The notes: generated by a model from the sequence alone, not told the origin. Positions 18,990-28,290 are shown, numbered from the stretch's first letter. The stretch is DNA of 42,604 nt from Polyangiaceae bacterium (GCA_044222475.1 JBGANF010000063.1:1-42604); one strand, 5' to 3'. A program made the numbers and translations.

Positions 18990-19162
18990 TGATGTATCGC
19001 GAGCTCATGTCCCACAGCACGCTCCTCGCGCTGCCGATCCTGGCGCTGGTGCTGTTCATCGCGGTGTTCACCGGGATCGTGATCAGAACCTACCGAAAGC
19101 GCGCAGGCGACTACGACGACCTGGCGCAGCTCCCGCTCGGAACGGAGGACGGCGATGAGTGA
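18989..19162 (+). CDS. ccoQ: cbb3-type cytochrome c oxidase subunit CcoQ
   Basis: MMYRELMSH...LVLFIAVFTGIVIRTY...DDLAQLPL: one TM plus LPL tail; start overlaps the ccoNO stop. Confidence 0.85.
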   Translation: MMYRELMSHSTLLALPILALVLFIAVFTGIVIRTYRKRAGDYDDLAQLPLGTEDGDE

Positions 19163-19733
19163 CGAGAAGAATCAAGCGGGCGGCGAAGATCAGGTCGTCC
19201 ACGAGTACGACGACATCCAGGAGTACGACAACGAGCTCCCGAACTGGTGGCTCGCGACGTTCTTCGGGACCGTCGTGTTCGCGTGCATCTACTGGTTCGG
19301 CTACCACACGTTCCAGGGCGGCGACCTCCCGAACGCGGAGTTCGAGAAGTACGCCGCGGCGCAGCGCGCGGTCGAGGCCGAGCGGATCAAGGCGGCCGGC
19401 ACGGTCGACGACGGCGCGCTCACGCTGCTGTCGAAGGACGCCGCCACGGTCGCGAAGGGGCAGGACACGTTCAAGGCGAACTGCGCCACGTGCCACCGCG
19501 CCGACGCGGGCGGGCTCGTCGGTCCGAACCTCACCGACGACGCGTGGCTCCACGGAGGGAAACCGACGGACATCTTCAAGACGGTCAACGGCGGGGTGGA
19601 GAAGACGGCCATGATCGCGTGGGGCCCGTCGCTCGGCCAGGAGAAGGTTCAATCGGTCGTCGCCTACCTCCTGACGCTGAAGAACACCAACGTCGCCGGG
19701 GGGAAAGCGCCGCAAGGCAACGTGGAGAAGTAG
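19155..19733 (+). CDS. ccoP: cbb3-type cytochrome c oxidase subunit CcoP (short, mono-haem)
   Basis: HEYDDIQEYDNELPNWW N-terminus, single CATCH, GPNLTD. Confidence 0.92.
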   Translation: MSDEKNQAGGEDQVVHEYDDIQEYDNELPNWWLATFFGTVVFACIYWFGYHTFQGGDLPNAEFEKYAAAQRAVEAERIKAAGTVDDGALTLLSKDAATVAKGQDTFKANCATCHRADAGGLVGPNLTDDAWLHGGKPTDIFKTVNGGVEKTAMIAWGPSLGQEKVQSVVAYLLTLKNTNVAGGKAPQGNVEK

Positions 19734-21121
19734 TGGCTGGACCTCGTCTGCCGCTGCTCGCACCGTCGGTGCTGAAGGGCTCGCTCCGCGCGGATGGCTC
19801 GCGCGAAGCGATCCATCCGGCGGACGTGAAGGGGCGGTTCGCGAACCTCCGCCTCGTCGTCTTCTACGGACTGATCGCGATCTGGGCGATCCTTCCGTGG
19901 GTGACGATCGGCGGGCACCCCGCCGTCTTCATCGACGTCGAGCACCGGCAGTTCTTCCTCTTCGGCTCCACGTTCATGGCGCAGGACACGCCGCTCCTGT
20001 TCTTCCTGTTGACCGGTGTCGGGTTCGCGCTCGTGTACGTGACCGCGCTCCTCGGGCGGATCTGGTGCGGTTGGGCGTGTCCTCAGACGGTGTTCCTCGA
20101 GGGCGTGTTCCGAAAGCTGCAGCGGCTCATCGAAGGACCGCGCGAGGTTCGATCGAAGCGAGAGAAGGTCGCGGCGTGGCGCAAGGTCCTGCTTCACGCG
20201 GCCTACGTGGCCTCGGCGTTCCTCATCGCCCACATCATCCTCGCGTACTTCACGTCGATGCCGGCGATGCTCGTGATGATCAAGGGCAGCCCGAGCGCCC
20301 ACCCCGAGGCGTTCGTGTGGGCGGCGGCGCTCACCGGCATCCTCTACTTCGACTTCTCGTGGTTCCGCGAGCAGACGTGCCTGGTGATCTGCCCCTACGG
20401 GCGGCTCCAGTCGGCGCTGATCGACGCCGACTCGATGGTGATCGGCTACGACGAGAAGCGCGGAGAGCCCCGCGGCAAGGCGAAGAGCGCGGGCGTCGGC
20501 GACTGCGTCGACTGCAAGCGATGCGTGGCCGTCTGCCCGACCGCGATCGACATCCGAAACGGACTCCAGATCGACTGCATCGGCTGCACGGCGTGCATCG
20601 ACGCGTGCGACGAGATCATGGACAAGCTCGAGCGTCCGCGAGGGTTGATCCGCTACTCCTCGGCGCACAAGCTCGCGGGCGCTGCGGGGCGGATCGCGCG
20701 CCCTCGCGTGTACGCCTACACCGTTCTCCTGGTCCTCGGCGCGGTCGTCGCGTTCTTCCTCTTTCGCGCGCGCACGAGCTTCGAGGCGAGCATCCTCCGC
20801 ATGAAGGGCCAGCCCTACGTGTTCGACGGCGACGACGTGCGCGACAGCTTCCAGCTCCATGTCGTGAACAAGACGAACCAGACGCACGCGTATCTGATCG
20901 AGCCCGAGGCGCAGCCTGGGCTCAGCTTCATCGTTCCCGTCCGTCGCGTCGAGGTGGCGCCGATGGGTGACCTCGACGCCACCGTCATCGTGTCGATGAA
21001 GCGCATGGAGTACAAAGGCGACGTCGATTTTCACGTGAAGGTGCGGCCCGAGGACGGAGCCGCAGGGGACGAAAAGCTCGTGCACGCCAAGTTCGTCGGC
21101 GCGAGAGGAGCGACGCAATGA
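19733..21121 (+). CDS. ccoG: Cytochrome c oxidase accessory protein CcoG/FixG
   Basis: GRIWCGWACPQT, CPYGRLQ, CVDCKRCVAVCP and CIGCTACIDAC ferredoxin motifs; GTG at 19733 overlaps the ccoP stop. Confidence 0.93.
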   Translation: MAGPRLPLLAPSVLKGSLRADGSREAIHPADVKGRFANLRLVVFYGLIAIWAILPWVTIGGHPAVFIDVEHRQFFLFGSTFMAQDTPLLFFLLTGVGFALVYVTALLGRIWCGWACPQTVFLEGVFRKLQRLIEGPREVRSKREKVAAWRKVLLHAAYVASAFLIAHIILAYFTSMPAMLVMIKGSPSAHPEAFVWAAALTGILYFDFSWFREQTCLVICPYGRLQSALIDADSMVIGYDEKRGEPRGKAKSAGVGDCVDCKRCVAVCPTAIDIRNGLQIDCIGCTACIDACDEIMDKLERPRGLIRYSSAHKLAGAAGRIARPRVYAYTVLLVLGAVVAFFLFRARTSFEASILRMKGQPYVFDGDDVRDSFQLHVVNKTNQTHAYLIEPEAQPGLSFIVPVRRVEVAPMGDLDATVIVSMKRMEYKGDVDFHVKVRPEDGAAGDEKLVHAKFVGARGATQ

Positions 21122-21870
21122 TCGGCCTCGTGGTCGCCGCGTTCGCGCTCGGGCTGTTCGGCAGCGTGCACTGCGTCGCGATGTGCGGCGGCCTCGCGAG
21201 CGTCCTCGCGGGCGGCGTTCGGCCGGACCTGCGTAAAGGCGGGCCGACGCGATGGACGATCCTCGCCGGCTTCCACCTCGGGCGCATCGGCACGTACGCC
21301 GTCATCGGTGCGCTCGTCGGTGCGCTGACGTTGTTCGCCCTCGAGAGCGCATCGCTCCGCGCCGCCCAGGCGGGCCTGCGCGCCTTGTCCGGCGTCCTCC
21401 TCTTCGGGGTCGGCTTCTACCTCGCAGGGATGTTCCCTGGCTTCGCTGCGATCGAGCGCGTCGGCGCGCCGCTGTGGAAACGGCTGCGGCCCTTCGCCTC
21501 GAGGCTTCTCCCGGTCCGCACCGTGCCGGCCTCGGTCGCGCTCGGAGCGGTCTGGGGCTTCGTGCCGTGCGGGATGGTCTACACCGCGCTCGCGCTCGGG
21601 GCGACGACGGGGAGCCCGCTCCGGTCGGCGCTCGTGCTCGTCGCCTTCGGTGCGGGGACGACGCCGGCGCTGCTCTCGCTCGGAGCGGTCGCCCAACGGA
21701 TCGCGCGAGGGCTCCAAGCGAGCACCGCGGCCGCGCTCCGTCGCGTCGCCGGGGTCGTCGTCGCGAGCCTCGGCGTGATGAGCGTCATCGCGGGGATCGT
21801 GGCGATGCCGTCCGCCTCCGAGGGCTCCGGTGCTCCCAAGGGCGACGTCGCCTGCCACACGACGCGCTGA
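21118..21870 (+). CDS. Sulfite-exporter TauE/SafE / DsbD_2 family membrane protein (cbb3 assembly)
   Basis: SVHCVAMCGG, HLGRIGTY and GFVPCGMVY motifs. Confidence 0.88.
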   Translation: MIGLVVAAFALGLFGSVHCVAMCGGLASVLAGGVRPDLRKGGPTRWTILAGFHLGRIGTYAVIGALVGALTLFALESASLRAAQAGLRALSGVLLFGVGFYLAGMFPGFAAIERVGAPLWKRLRPFASRLLPVRTVPASVALGAVWGFVPCGMVYTALALGATTGSPLRSALVLVAFGAGTTPALLSLGAVAQRIARGLQASTAAALRRVAGVVVASLGVMSVIAGIVAMPSASEGSGAPKGDVACHTTR

Positions 21871-21889
21871 CGCTGCTAGGCTCCTTGCG

Positions 21890-22378
21890 ATGAGCGGACG
21901 AACGGTCGTGACGATCACGGTGAGCGACACTCGATCGCTCGCCGACGACCGCTCGGGAGATCGCCTCGCCGCGCTGCTCGCCGACGCGGGCTTCCGCGTC
22001 GTTCGTCGCGGCCCGGTGAAGGACGATCTCGAAGAGCTCGCAGCTCTCGTGTCGCGCACGGTCTCGGAGGAGGGCGTCGACGCGGTGATCCTCACCGGAG
22101 GCACTGGCGTCGCCCCGCGCGACGTCACGCCCGAAGCGGTCGGGCGGGCGATCGAAAAGCGGCTCGACGGCTTCGGCGAAGAGTTTCGTCGCCGATCGAT
22201 CGCCCAGATCGGACCCCGAGGCATGCTGTCGCGCGCGGTCTGCGGCGTGGCGCGCGGCCGGGCGGTCGTCGCGCTCCCCGGCAGCACCAAAGCCGTCGAG
22301 CTCGGCGTGGAGCTCCTGTTGCCGATCCTCGAGCACGTCATCGCCCTCGCCGGTGGACGACCGACGGACCACAAGTGA
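21890..22378 (+). CDS. Molybdopterin adenylyltransferase, MogA/MoaB family
   Basis: ITVSD, DRSG, LTGGTGVAPRDVTPEA, LSRA, LPGS. Confidence 0.9.
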   Translation: MSGRTVVTITVSDTRSLADDRSGDRLAALLADAGFRVVRRGPVKDDLEELAALVSRTVSEEGVDAVILTGGTGVAPRDVTPEAVGRAIEKRLDGFGEEFRRRSIAQIGPRGMLSRAVCGVARGRAVVALPGSTKAVELGVELLLPILEHVIALAGGRPTDHK

Positions 22379-22626
22379 TGGAGATCACGCTGCTCTACTT
22401 CGCCGCCGTTCGGGACCTCCTCGGGAAGAGCGAGGAGAAGGTCGCGCTTCCGCCCGAGGTGAGCACCGTCGCCGACTTGCAGCAGTGGCTCGAGCGCGAG
22501 AGACCCGCCCTCCGCGAGCGGATGGCGTTCGTTCGGCTCGCGCGCAACGAAGAGTTCGCCATGCCGGCAGATCGGCTCGCTTCGGGAGACGTCGTCGCGC
22601 TGATTCCGCCGGTCGCTGGCGGCTAG
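22378..22626 (+). CDS. moaD: Molybdopterin synthase sulfur carrier
   Basis: LLYFAAVRD...C-terminal PPVAGG. Confidence 0.93.
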   Translation: MEITLLYFAAVRDLLGKSEEKVALPPEVSTVADLQQWLERERPALRERMAFVRLARNEEFAMPADRLASGDVVALIPPVAGG

Positions 22627-23672
22627 TGCTCGTGCCCGTGATGGGCGTCGTCGTGGTCGTGCGCGTGCTCGATCTCCGCGTGCGCGTGCGGGTGCCGGTG
22701 CTCGCCGACGAACGGGGGATCGTGGACGTGATCGTGATGACCGTCGTCGTGGGTGTGGGCGTGGTCGTGCTCTTCGGCAGCGTGACGATGGCGGTGCGCG
22801 TGGCGCTCGGTCGCGTGGATCCACACGCCGATCGCGATCGGCACCGCCGCGACGAAGAGCGACGTGGGCGGCGTCTCCCAGGCGACGATCGAGGACGCGA
22901 GCGCCGCAACGAACGGAGCGACGGCGAACACCGAGCCGGTGCGCGCTGCACCCACCCGGACCTGGGCCGCGAGGTACGCACGAAGCGAGAGCCCGTAGCC
23001 GAGCGCGCCGGCGACGAGGAGACACGCCGCGGCGACGAACGTCACGCGCGGGATCCCCTCGCGACCGAGCCCGATGGCGGTGGAGAGCGCTGCGCCGAGA
23101 GCGGATTTCCATCGCACGACGCCCACCGAGTCGACGTCGGCGAGCGGTCGCGTGATCACGTTGTCCGTCGCCCAAGCGACCGTGGCGAGCACGATCGCGA
23201 TCGCGCCGCCGACGTTGGCTCGGCCGTCCACTCCCGCCAGGATGGCGGCGCCGACGAGGATGAGCACGACCGCGAGGCCGACCCGAGCGCCGATGCGCTC
23301 GCCGAGGACCAGGCGCGCGAGGATCACGGTCGCGACCGTCTCGCTCGTCAGCAAGAGGCTGCCTGCTCCGCCCGAGATGCGAGCGAGCCCCCACGCGAAC
23401 AGCGCGGGGGCGATGCACGCGCCGAGCAGGGCCGCCACGGCGATGCGGGGCCCGTGCCTGCGTCCGAGCTCGTTCGCCGACGCGGAGCCGCGCGGGAGGC
23501 TCGCGAGGAACGATCCGACGTAGAGCAGCGCGGCCGTCGTGAACGCTCCGAGCCCTTCGCCGAAATGTTTCACGAGCGGCGTCGTCGCGCCGAAGAGCCC
23601 CGCGGCCCCGAGCGCGTACAGCGTGCCGGTCGCAGCGCGCGTCGGCCTCGACGTGGTCATCGAGCCGATCAT
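22623..23672 (-). CDS. EamA/DMT family transporter with His-rich C-terminal tail
   Basis: About 10 hydrophobic segments in two EamA repeats; tail ERHAHRHRHAAEEHDHAHTHDDGHHDH... Confidence 0.85.
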   Translation of the reverse strand: MIGSMTTSRPTRAATGTLYALGAAGLFGATTPLVKHFGEGLGAFTTAALLYVGSFLASLPRGSASANELGRRHGPRIAVAALLGACIAPALFAWGLARISGGAGSLLLTSETVATVILARLVLGERIGARVGLAVVLILVGAAILAGVDGRANVGGAIAIVLATVAWATDNVITRPLADVDSVGVVRWKSALGAALSTAIGLGREGIPRVTFVAAACLLVAGALGYGLSLRAYLAAQVRVGAARTGSVFAVAPFVAALASSIVAWETPPTSLFVAAVPIAIGVWIHATERHAHRHRHAAEEHDHAHTHDDGHHDHVHDPPFVGEHRHPHAHAEIEHAHDHDDAHHGHEH

Positions 23673-23684
23673 ACCGCGGTTGCC

Positions 23685-24128
23685 TCAGTGGTCGCCGTGA
23701 CCGCAGCGCGCGTCGACCCAGCCGACCCAGTAGGCGCCCTCGGGTCCGTGCTCTCGCTTCCAGATCGGGACGCGATGTTTGATCTCGTCGATGAGCTTGC
23801 GGCACGCGGCGAACGCCTCGCCGCGGTGAGGCGCGCTCGCAGCGCACGCGACGGCGAGATCGCCGACGCGCAGCGAGCCGACGCGGTGGACTACCGCGAC
23901 GACGGCGCCGGGGACGTCGCGTTCGACGTCCTTCGCGATTCGCTCCATCTCGCCGACGGCCATCGGCGCGTACGCCTCGTACTCGAGCAGCGTGATCGGC
24001 TTGCCATCGTTCTCGTCGCGGACGACGCCGAGGAACACGTCGATGCCGCCCGCGCTGGGCTTCGATACGGCTGCGATGACCGCGCTCGTGTCGATCGGTT
24101 CGGTGACGAGCTTGACCAGCGCGGGCAT
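23685..24128 (-). CDS. moaE: Molybdopterin synthase catalytic subunit
   Basis: FLGVVRD, LEYEAY, HRVG, HRGEAF, KHRVPIWKRE. Confidence 0.95.
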   Translation of the reverse strand: MPALVKLVTEPIDTSAVIAAVSKPSAGGIDVFLGVVRDENDGKPITLLEYEAYAPMAVGEMERIAKDVERDVPGAVVAVVHRVGSLRVGDLAVACAASAPHRGEAFAACRKLIDEIKHRVPIWKREHGPEGAYWVGWVDARCGHGDH

Positions 24129-24129
24129 C

Positions 24130-25293
24130 TCAGGTCCTCACCGGATCTTCTGCAGGCGACGGCGAGGCCAGGCTCTCCGCGAGGTAGAGCAGACCGGCGA
24201 AATCCTCGATCGCCGCGTCGAGCTGCGGCGTCGCCACCGCGGCGCCCCCGCGCTCGCGGAGGCGGCCGAGGAGCTCGCGATCACGCTGCGCGAGCTTGAG
24301 CTCGTCGTCGGCGAGCCGCGCGAGCTTCTCGACGACCATGTGCTCGATCGTGCCGGGCGTCGCGATGATCCCCGCGTCGTGAGGGTGCTTCAGGCCGCGC
24401 GTGTACGCCCAGCTCCGGTTCAGGACGTAGCCGGCGAACGGGAGCCCCATCTCCTTGAGCTTGGCGTCGAGGTACTCGGACTCGGCCATCGCCGAGCGGT
24501 CCGGGCTCGTCACGACGACGAAGCTCGACTTGTCGCTCAGGAGGAGCTTGCGCACGGCCTCCGAGTGGGAGCGCATGGCGGTGAACATGCCCGAGAACGC
24601 CCCGAGGAACCCTTGGATCTCCTCGAAGAAGCCCTCGCCGAAGACGCGACCGAGCACGCTCGACGCGAGCTGCCGGGCGTTGCGCCAGAACAGGCCGCCG
24701 CCGCTGCCGACGCCGCTGGGGAGGAACACTCCGATGATCTTCTCGTCGAGGAAGAGCGAGAGCTTGCGCGGGGCCTCGAGGAACTCGAGCGCGTTGCGCG
24801 ACGGGGGCGTGTCGAGGACGACGAGGTCGTACTTCCCGCTCTCGACGAACGTGTAGAGCGCCTCGGCGGCGGTGTACTCCTGCATGCCGGCGACGAGCTC
24901 GGAGAGCGTGCGGTAGATGCGGTTCTGCAGGATCGTGTTCGCCTTCTCCTCCGACTCGGCGAGGCGACGCACCATCTGCTCGAATACCACTTTGGGATCG
25001 AGCATCCACGCGTCGAGCGTTCCCTTGATGTTTCCTTCGGCGAGCTTCGCCGCCGGCACGCGGGCCGGGAGCGGCCCGCTCGCAGGGATGCCCATCGCCT
25101 CGGCGAGCCGCCGCGCGGGGTCGATCGTGAGCACGAGCACGCGCCGACCGGTCGCCGCCGCCGCGAGCCCCAGGGCCGCCGCGGTCGTGGTCTTGCCGAC
25201 TCCGCCGGCGCCGCAACAGACGACGACCTGCTTGTCGCGAAGGAGAGACGCCGGGAACGGCGGGTCGGGCGGGCGGCGGTCGGGCGCGACCAT
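24130..25293 (-). CDS. ArsA/Get3-like ATPase, subunit B
   Basis: CGAGGVGKTT, TIDPARRLA, VLDTPPSRNA; ATG at 25293 overlaps the upstream stop. Confidence 0.88.
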   Translation of the reverse strand: MVAPDRRPPDPPFPASLLRDKQVVVCCGAGGVGKTTTAAALGLAAAATGRRVLVLTIDPARRLAEAMGIPASGPLPARVPAAKLAEGNIKGTLDAWMLDPKVVFEQMVRRLAESEEKANTILQNRIYRTLSELVAGMQEYTAAEALYTFVESGKYDLVVLDTPPSRNALEFLEAPRKLSLFLDEKIIGVFLPSGVGSGGGLFWRNARQLASSVLGRVFGEGFFEEIQGFLGAFSGMFTAMRSHSEAVRKLLLSDKSSFVVVTSPDRSAMAESEYLDAKLKEMGLPFAGYVLNRSWAYTRGLKHPHDAGIIATPGTIEHMVVEKLARLADDELKLAQRDRELLGRLRERGGAAVATPQLDAAIEDFAGLLYLAESLASPSPAEDPVRT

Positions 25294-26213
25294 CAGCGGA
25301 TCCCCCGTAGCGCGTTCGCGACCGCCGCCGGCACGTCGCGCACGAGCCCGAGCTCGGGGACCGAGTGCACGGGCAGCGACAGCTGATCGAGCCGGGAGCG
25401 CGCCGCGCGAGCGCGCTCGATGCGGGGGATGCGGCGCGCGCCGAGCATGCGCATCTCGTCGAGCTGCATGGCCGCGAGCGCCTGCCGCTCGCGCTCGGTG
25501 AACGGGTCGGGCGGAATGCGATTCAAGACGAGGCCATGGAGCGGCACCTGGTGCGACTGGATCCCGTGCGCGAGCTCGATCGCTTCGCTGACGGGAAGCG
25601 TCTCGGGCAAGGTGACGACGATCGACGTCGTCTGCTTCGTGTCGCGGAGCATCGTCAGGCCTTCGGAGACGGCGGTGTGGATCGGCCCGGATCGGATGAC
25701 CTCGATGATGGCGCTCGGGATCTGGGCTAGCCCGAGCGCGTGGCCGGTCGCGGGGAGGTCGACGAGGAGCACGTCGTAGAGAGGCGAGCCGTCGCTCTGG
25801 GTCTGCCGGAGGAGATCGAGGATCCGATAGAGGATCCCCATCTCGGGGAGCGTCGGCGCCGCGAGGAGGAAGCGCCGGATCGCCGCCGACTTGAGGGCCG
25901 CGTCGGCGAGCATCCGCATCGGGAGCGCGTCGCGCAAGAACTGAAGGTGGCCCGCGTGCGGCGTGAGGAGCGCGCCATAGAGGCTCTCGCTGACGCGGAC
26001 CGGCGCTTCGCCCAGCTTCACGCCGCCGAGCGCCTCGCCCAGGGGCGACGTCGAGTCCGGCTCGTAGCTCACCTCGGTCGCGAGGACGCGCTTCCCCATC
26101 TCGACTCCGGCTCGCGCCAGGCCGGCGGTGACCGTCGTCTTGCCGACGCCGCCTTTGCCCGTGATCAGCACCGCGCGCCGCGAGAGCAGGCTCTGGACGA
26201 GCTCGTCGGTCAT
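25293..26213 (-). CDS. ArsA/Get3-like ATPase, subunit A
   Basis: TGKGGVGKTT, VDLPATGH, VTLPETLPVSE. Confidence 0.88.
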   Translation of the reverse strand: MTDELVQSLLSRRAVLITGKGGVGKTTVTAGLARAGVEMGKRVLATEVSYEPDSTSPLGEALGGVKLGEAPVRVSESLYGALLTPHAGHLQFLRDALPMRMLADAALKSAAIRRFLLAAPTLPEMGILYRILDLLRQTQSDGSPLYDVLLVDLPATGHALGLAQIPSAIIEVIRSGPIHTAVSEGLTMLRDTKQTTSIVVTLPETLPVSEAIELAHGIQSHQVPLHGLVLNRIPPDPFTERERQALAAMQLDEMRMLGARRIPRIERARAARSRLDQLSLPVHSVPELGLVRDVPAAVANALRGIR

Positions 26214-26713
26214 CCGCGCGCTCCGCGAGCCCCGCGACGATAGACGCCGCTCGCTCCACCGCGCTTCTCGACGAGTCGGACGCTGTAGGAAATCCCCCGG
26301 TCGATCGCCTTGAGCATGTCGTAGAGGGCGAGCGCGCCCATGCTCGCCGCGACGAGCGCCTCCATCTCGACGCCGGTTCGGTCGCTCGCGCGGGCGGTCG
26401 TCCGGATGCGCACCGCGCGCGGTTGGATGTCGACGTCGACGTCGACCTTGGTCAGCGCGATCGTGTGGCAGAGCGGGATGAGCTCGGGCGTGCGCTTCGC
26501 GCCTTGAATCGCCGCGATGCGCACCACCGCGAGCGCGTCTCCTTTGGCGACGTCGCCCTTGCGCAGGCGCGCGAGCGTGGCGGGGGCCATCTTGACGACG
26601 GCCTCGGCGATCGCCTCGCGCGCGGTGATCGGCTTCGCGGCGACGTCGACCATCCGCACGCGACCGCGTTCGTCGGTGTGGGTGAGCGGAGCCATTCGGC
26701 GAGCCGTCGTCAC
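26210..26713 (-). CDS. moaC: Cyclic pyranopterin monophosphate synthase
   Basis: LTHTD..GRVRMVDV, KGD, LIPLCH, TGVEMEAL, YDMLKAIDR, KRGG. Start is GTG 26713 (overlapping the moeA stop) or ATG 26695. Confidence 0.95.
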   Translation of the reverse strand: MTTARRMAPLTHTDERGRVRMVDVAAKPITAREAIAEAVVKMAPATLARLRKGDVAKGDALAVVRIAAIQGAKRTPELIPLCHTIALTKVDVDVDIQPRAVRIRTTARASDRTGVEMEALVAASMGALALYDMLKAIDRGISYSVRLVEKRGGASGVYRRGARGARG

Positions 26714-27900
26714 AGGCCGAGCTCCGTGAACGGGTATACGTCGACGGGGGTGCCCTTCGCGACCCGCGCGAGGTCCTTCGGGATGACGGCGAGGCAGCTC
26801 GCGGTCGCGACGTTCCATGCGGCGCCGCTCGCTTGGCTGGCCAGCGGATCGACGGCGCCGTCGCGGACGACCCCGCGGACGAACTCCAGCCTGCCGGGAT
26901 CGCGCTCGAAGTCGCGCGCGATGGGCGCGCGCATGGGGGAGGGGAACGGCCGCTCGGCGCCTTGCATCGCGCGGAGGAGCGGTAACACGAAGAGCGCGCT
27001 CGTGACCAGCGCGGACGCCGGGTTGCCCGGCAGCCCGACCACGATCGCCCCGCTCGGGTGCGTCCCGACCGCGAGGGGTTTTCCCGGCTTGATCGCGACC
27101 TTCCAGAACGCGATGTCGACCCCGGCGGCGGCGAGCGCGCCGCGCACGAGGTCGTGATCGCCGACGCTCATCCCGCCGACGACGACGAGGACGTCGCTCG
27201 CCTTCAGCGCCGACGAGATCGCCTCGCGGGTCGCGTCGGCGTCGTCGCGCACGCGCGGGGCGATCCGCACCGACGCCTTGGCGCGCCCGAACAGCGTCGC
27301 GAGGGAGATGCCGTTCGAGTCGGGGATCGAGCCCGGAAACGCGGTCGATCCGGGATCGCGGAGCTCGTCACCGGTCGTCAGGACGGTGACCCTCGGCAGC
27401 TTGGCCACCGTCGCGCCCTCGGCATCGACCGAGGCGAGGAGCGCGATTTGTGCGGGCCCGAGCGCGACGCCGGGCCCGAACACGAGGTCGCCAGCCTTCC
27501 GGTCGTCGCCGCGGCGGCGCAGGCACGCGCCCACGCGCGGAGCCTTCGCGAACCGCACGGTGTCGCCGTCGCGAACGGCGTCCTCCTGGGGAATGACGGC
27601 GTCGGCGCCGTCGGGGATGGGGGCGCCGGTGAAGATGCGCATGGCAGTGCCGCGTCCGAGCGGCCCGGGGACGACGCCGGTCTTGCTCTCCCCGGCGACC
27701 CGCATCGAATCGGCGCCCACGCTCGACGCCGCGACGGCGTATCCGTCCATCGTGCTGTAGTCGAAGGGGGGGAGATCACCGGGAGCGCGCACGCCCTCGG
27801 CGAGGAAGCGGCGATCGAGGTCGGCGAGGGGGAGCCGCTCGCTGCCGAGCTTCGGCGCAAGGCGAAGGAGCTGCGCTTGCGCTTCGGAGAACTCGAGCAT
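26710..27900 (-). CDS. moeA: Molybdopterin molybdotransferase
   Basis: PPFDYSTMDGYAV, RIFTGAPIP, TGDEL, GGMSVG, KPGKP, LPGNP. Confidence 0.95.
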   Translation of the reverse strand: MLEFSEAQAQLLRLAPKLGSERLPLADLDRRFLAEGVRAPGDLPPFDYSTMDGYAVAASSVGADSMRVAGESKTGVVPGPLGRGTAMRIFTGAPIPDGADAVIPQEDAVRDGDTVRFAKAPRVGACLRRRGDDRKAGDLVFGPGVALGPAQIALLASVDAEGATVAKLPRVTVLTTGDELRDPGSTAFPGSIPDSNGISLATLFGRAKASVRIAPRVRDDADATREAISSALKASDVLVVVGGMSVGDHDLVRGALAAAGVDIAFWKVAIKPGKPLAVGTHPSGAIVVGLPGNPASALVTSALFVLPLLRAMQGAERPFPSPMRAPIARDFERDPGRLEFVRGVVRDGAVDPLASQASGAAWNVATASCLAVIPKDLARVAKGTPVDVYPFTELGL

Positions 27901-27970
27901 GGGATGGACCACGATACACCAGCGCCGTCGACGATCGGGAGCGGACTCGGACTCGGCGATGAGGGGAGGG

Positions 27971-28290
27971 GGAGAGGGAGGGGGAGGGGGAATCTTGTGC
28001 CCCCGCTCCTTTGTTCGGCGCAATTCGTCGTCGCGCTTCGCGCGACCGGCGCGACGAACCTCGGCGCCGGGGACGCCATGACCACACCACGTATGGCGCC
28101 CCCCTTCGGGTACCACGAAGCGCGGCGCGCAGGCCCACGCGCGCAAGATTTCGCCGCGCCATCGTCATCCCAGTTTGGGAACGAAGCGAACGGGTGCGCG
28201 GCGAAATCTGAGCACGTGGCCGAGCACGGCTGTGAGTCAAGCCGAAGCATCGAGGCGGGGGCACCCAATTCTCCCTCTCCAACTCTCCCC
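27971..28290. mobile_element. MITE-like palindromic element (~320 bp) with imperfect terminal inverted repeats and nested hairpins
   Basis: GTGCCCCCGC (27997-28006) / GCGGGGGCAC (28255-28264) extends outward to about 36 bp of imperfect pairing; internal perfect 14-bp IR at 28146-28159/28196-28209; no credible ORF. Confidence 0.55.

Noticed and set aside
24130..26213. Arsenic-resistance operon
   Set aside because: The ATPases are ArsA-fold, but there is no arsB/acr3/arsC/arsR and no metal-binding Cys cluster.
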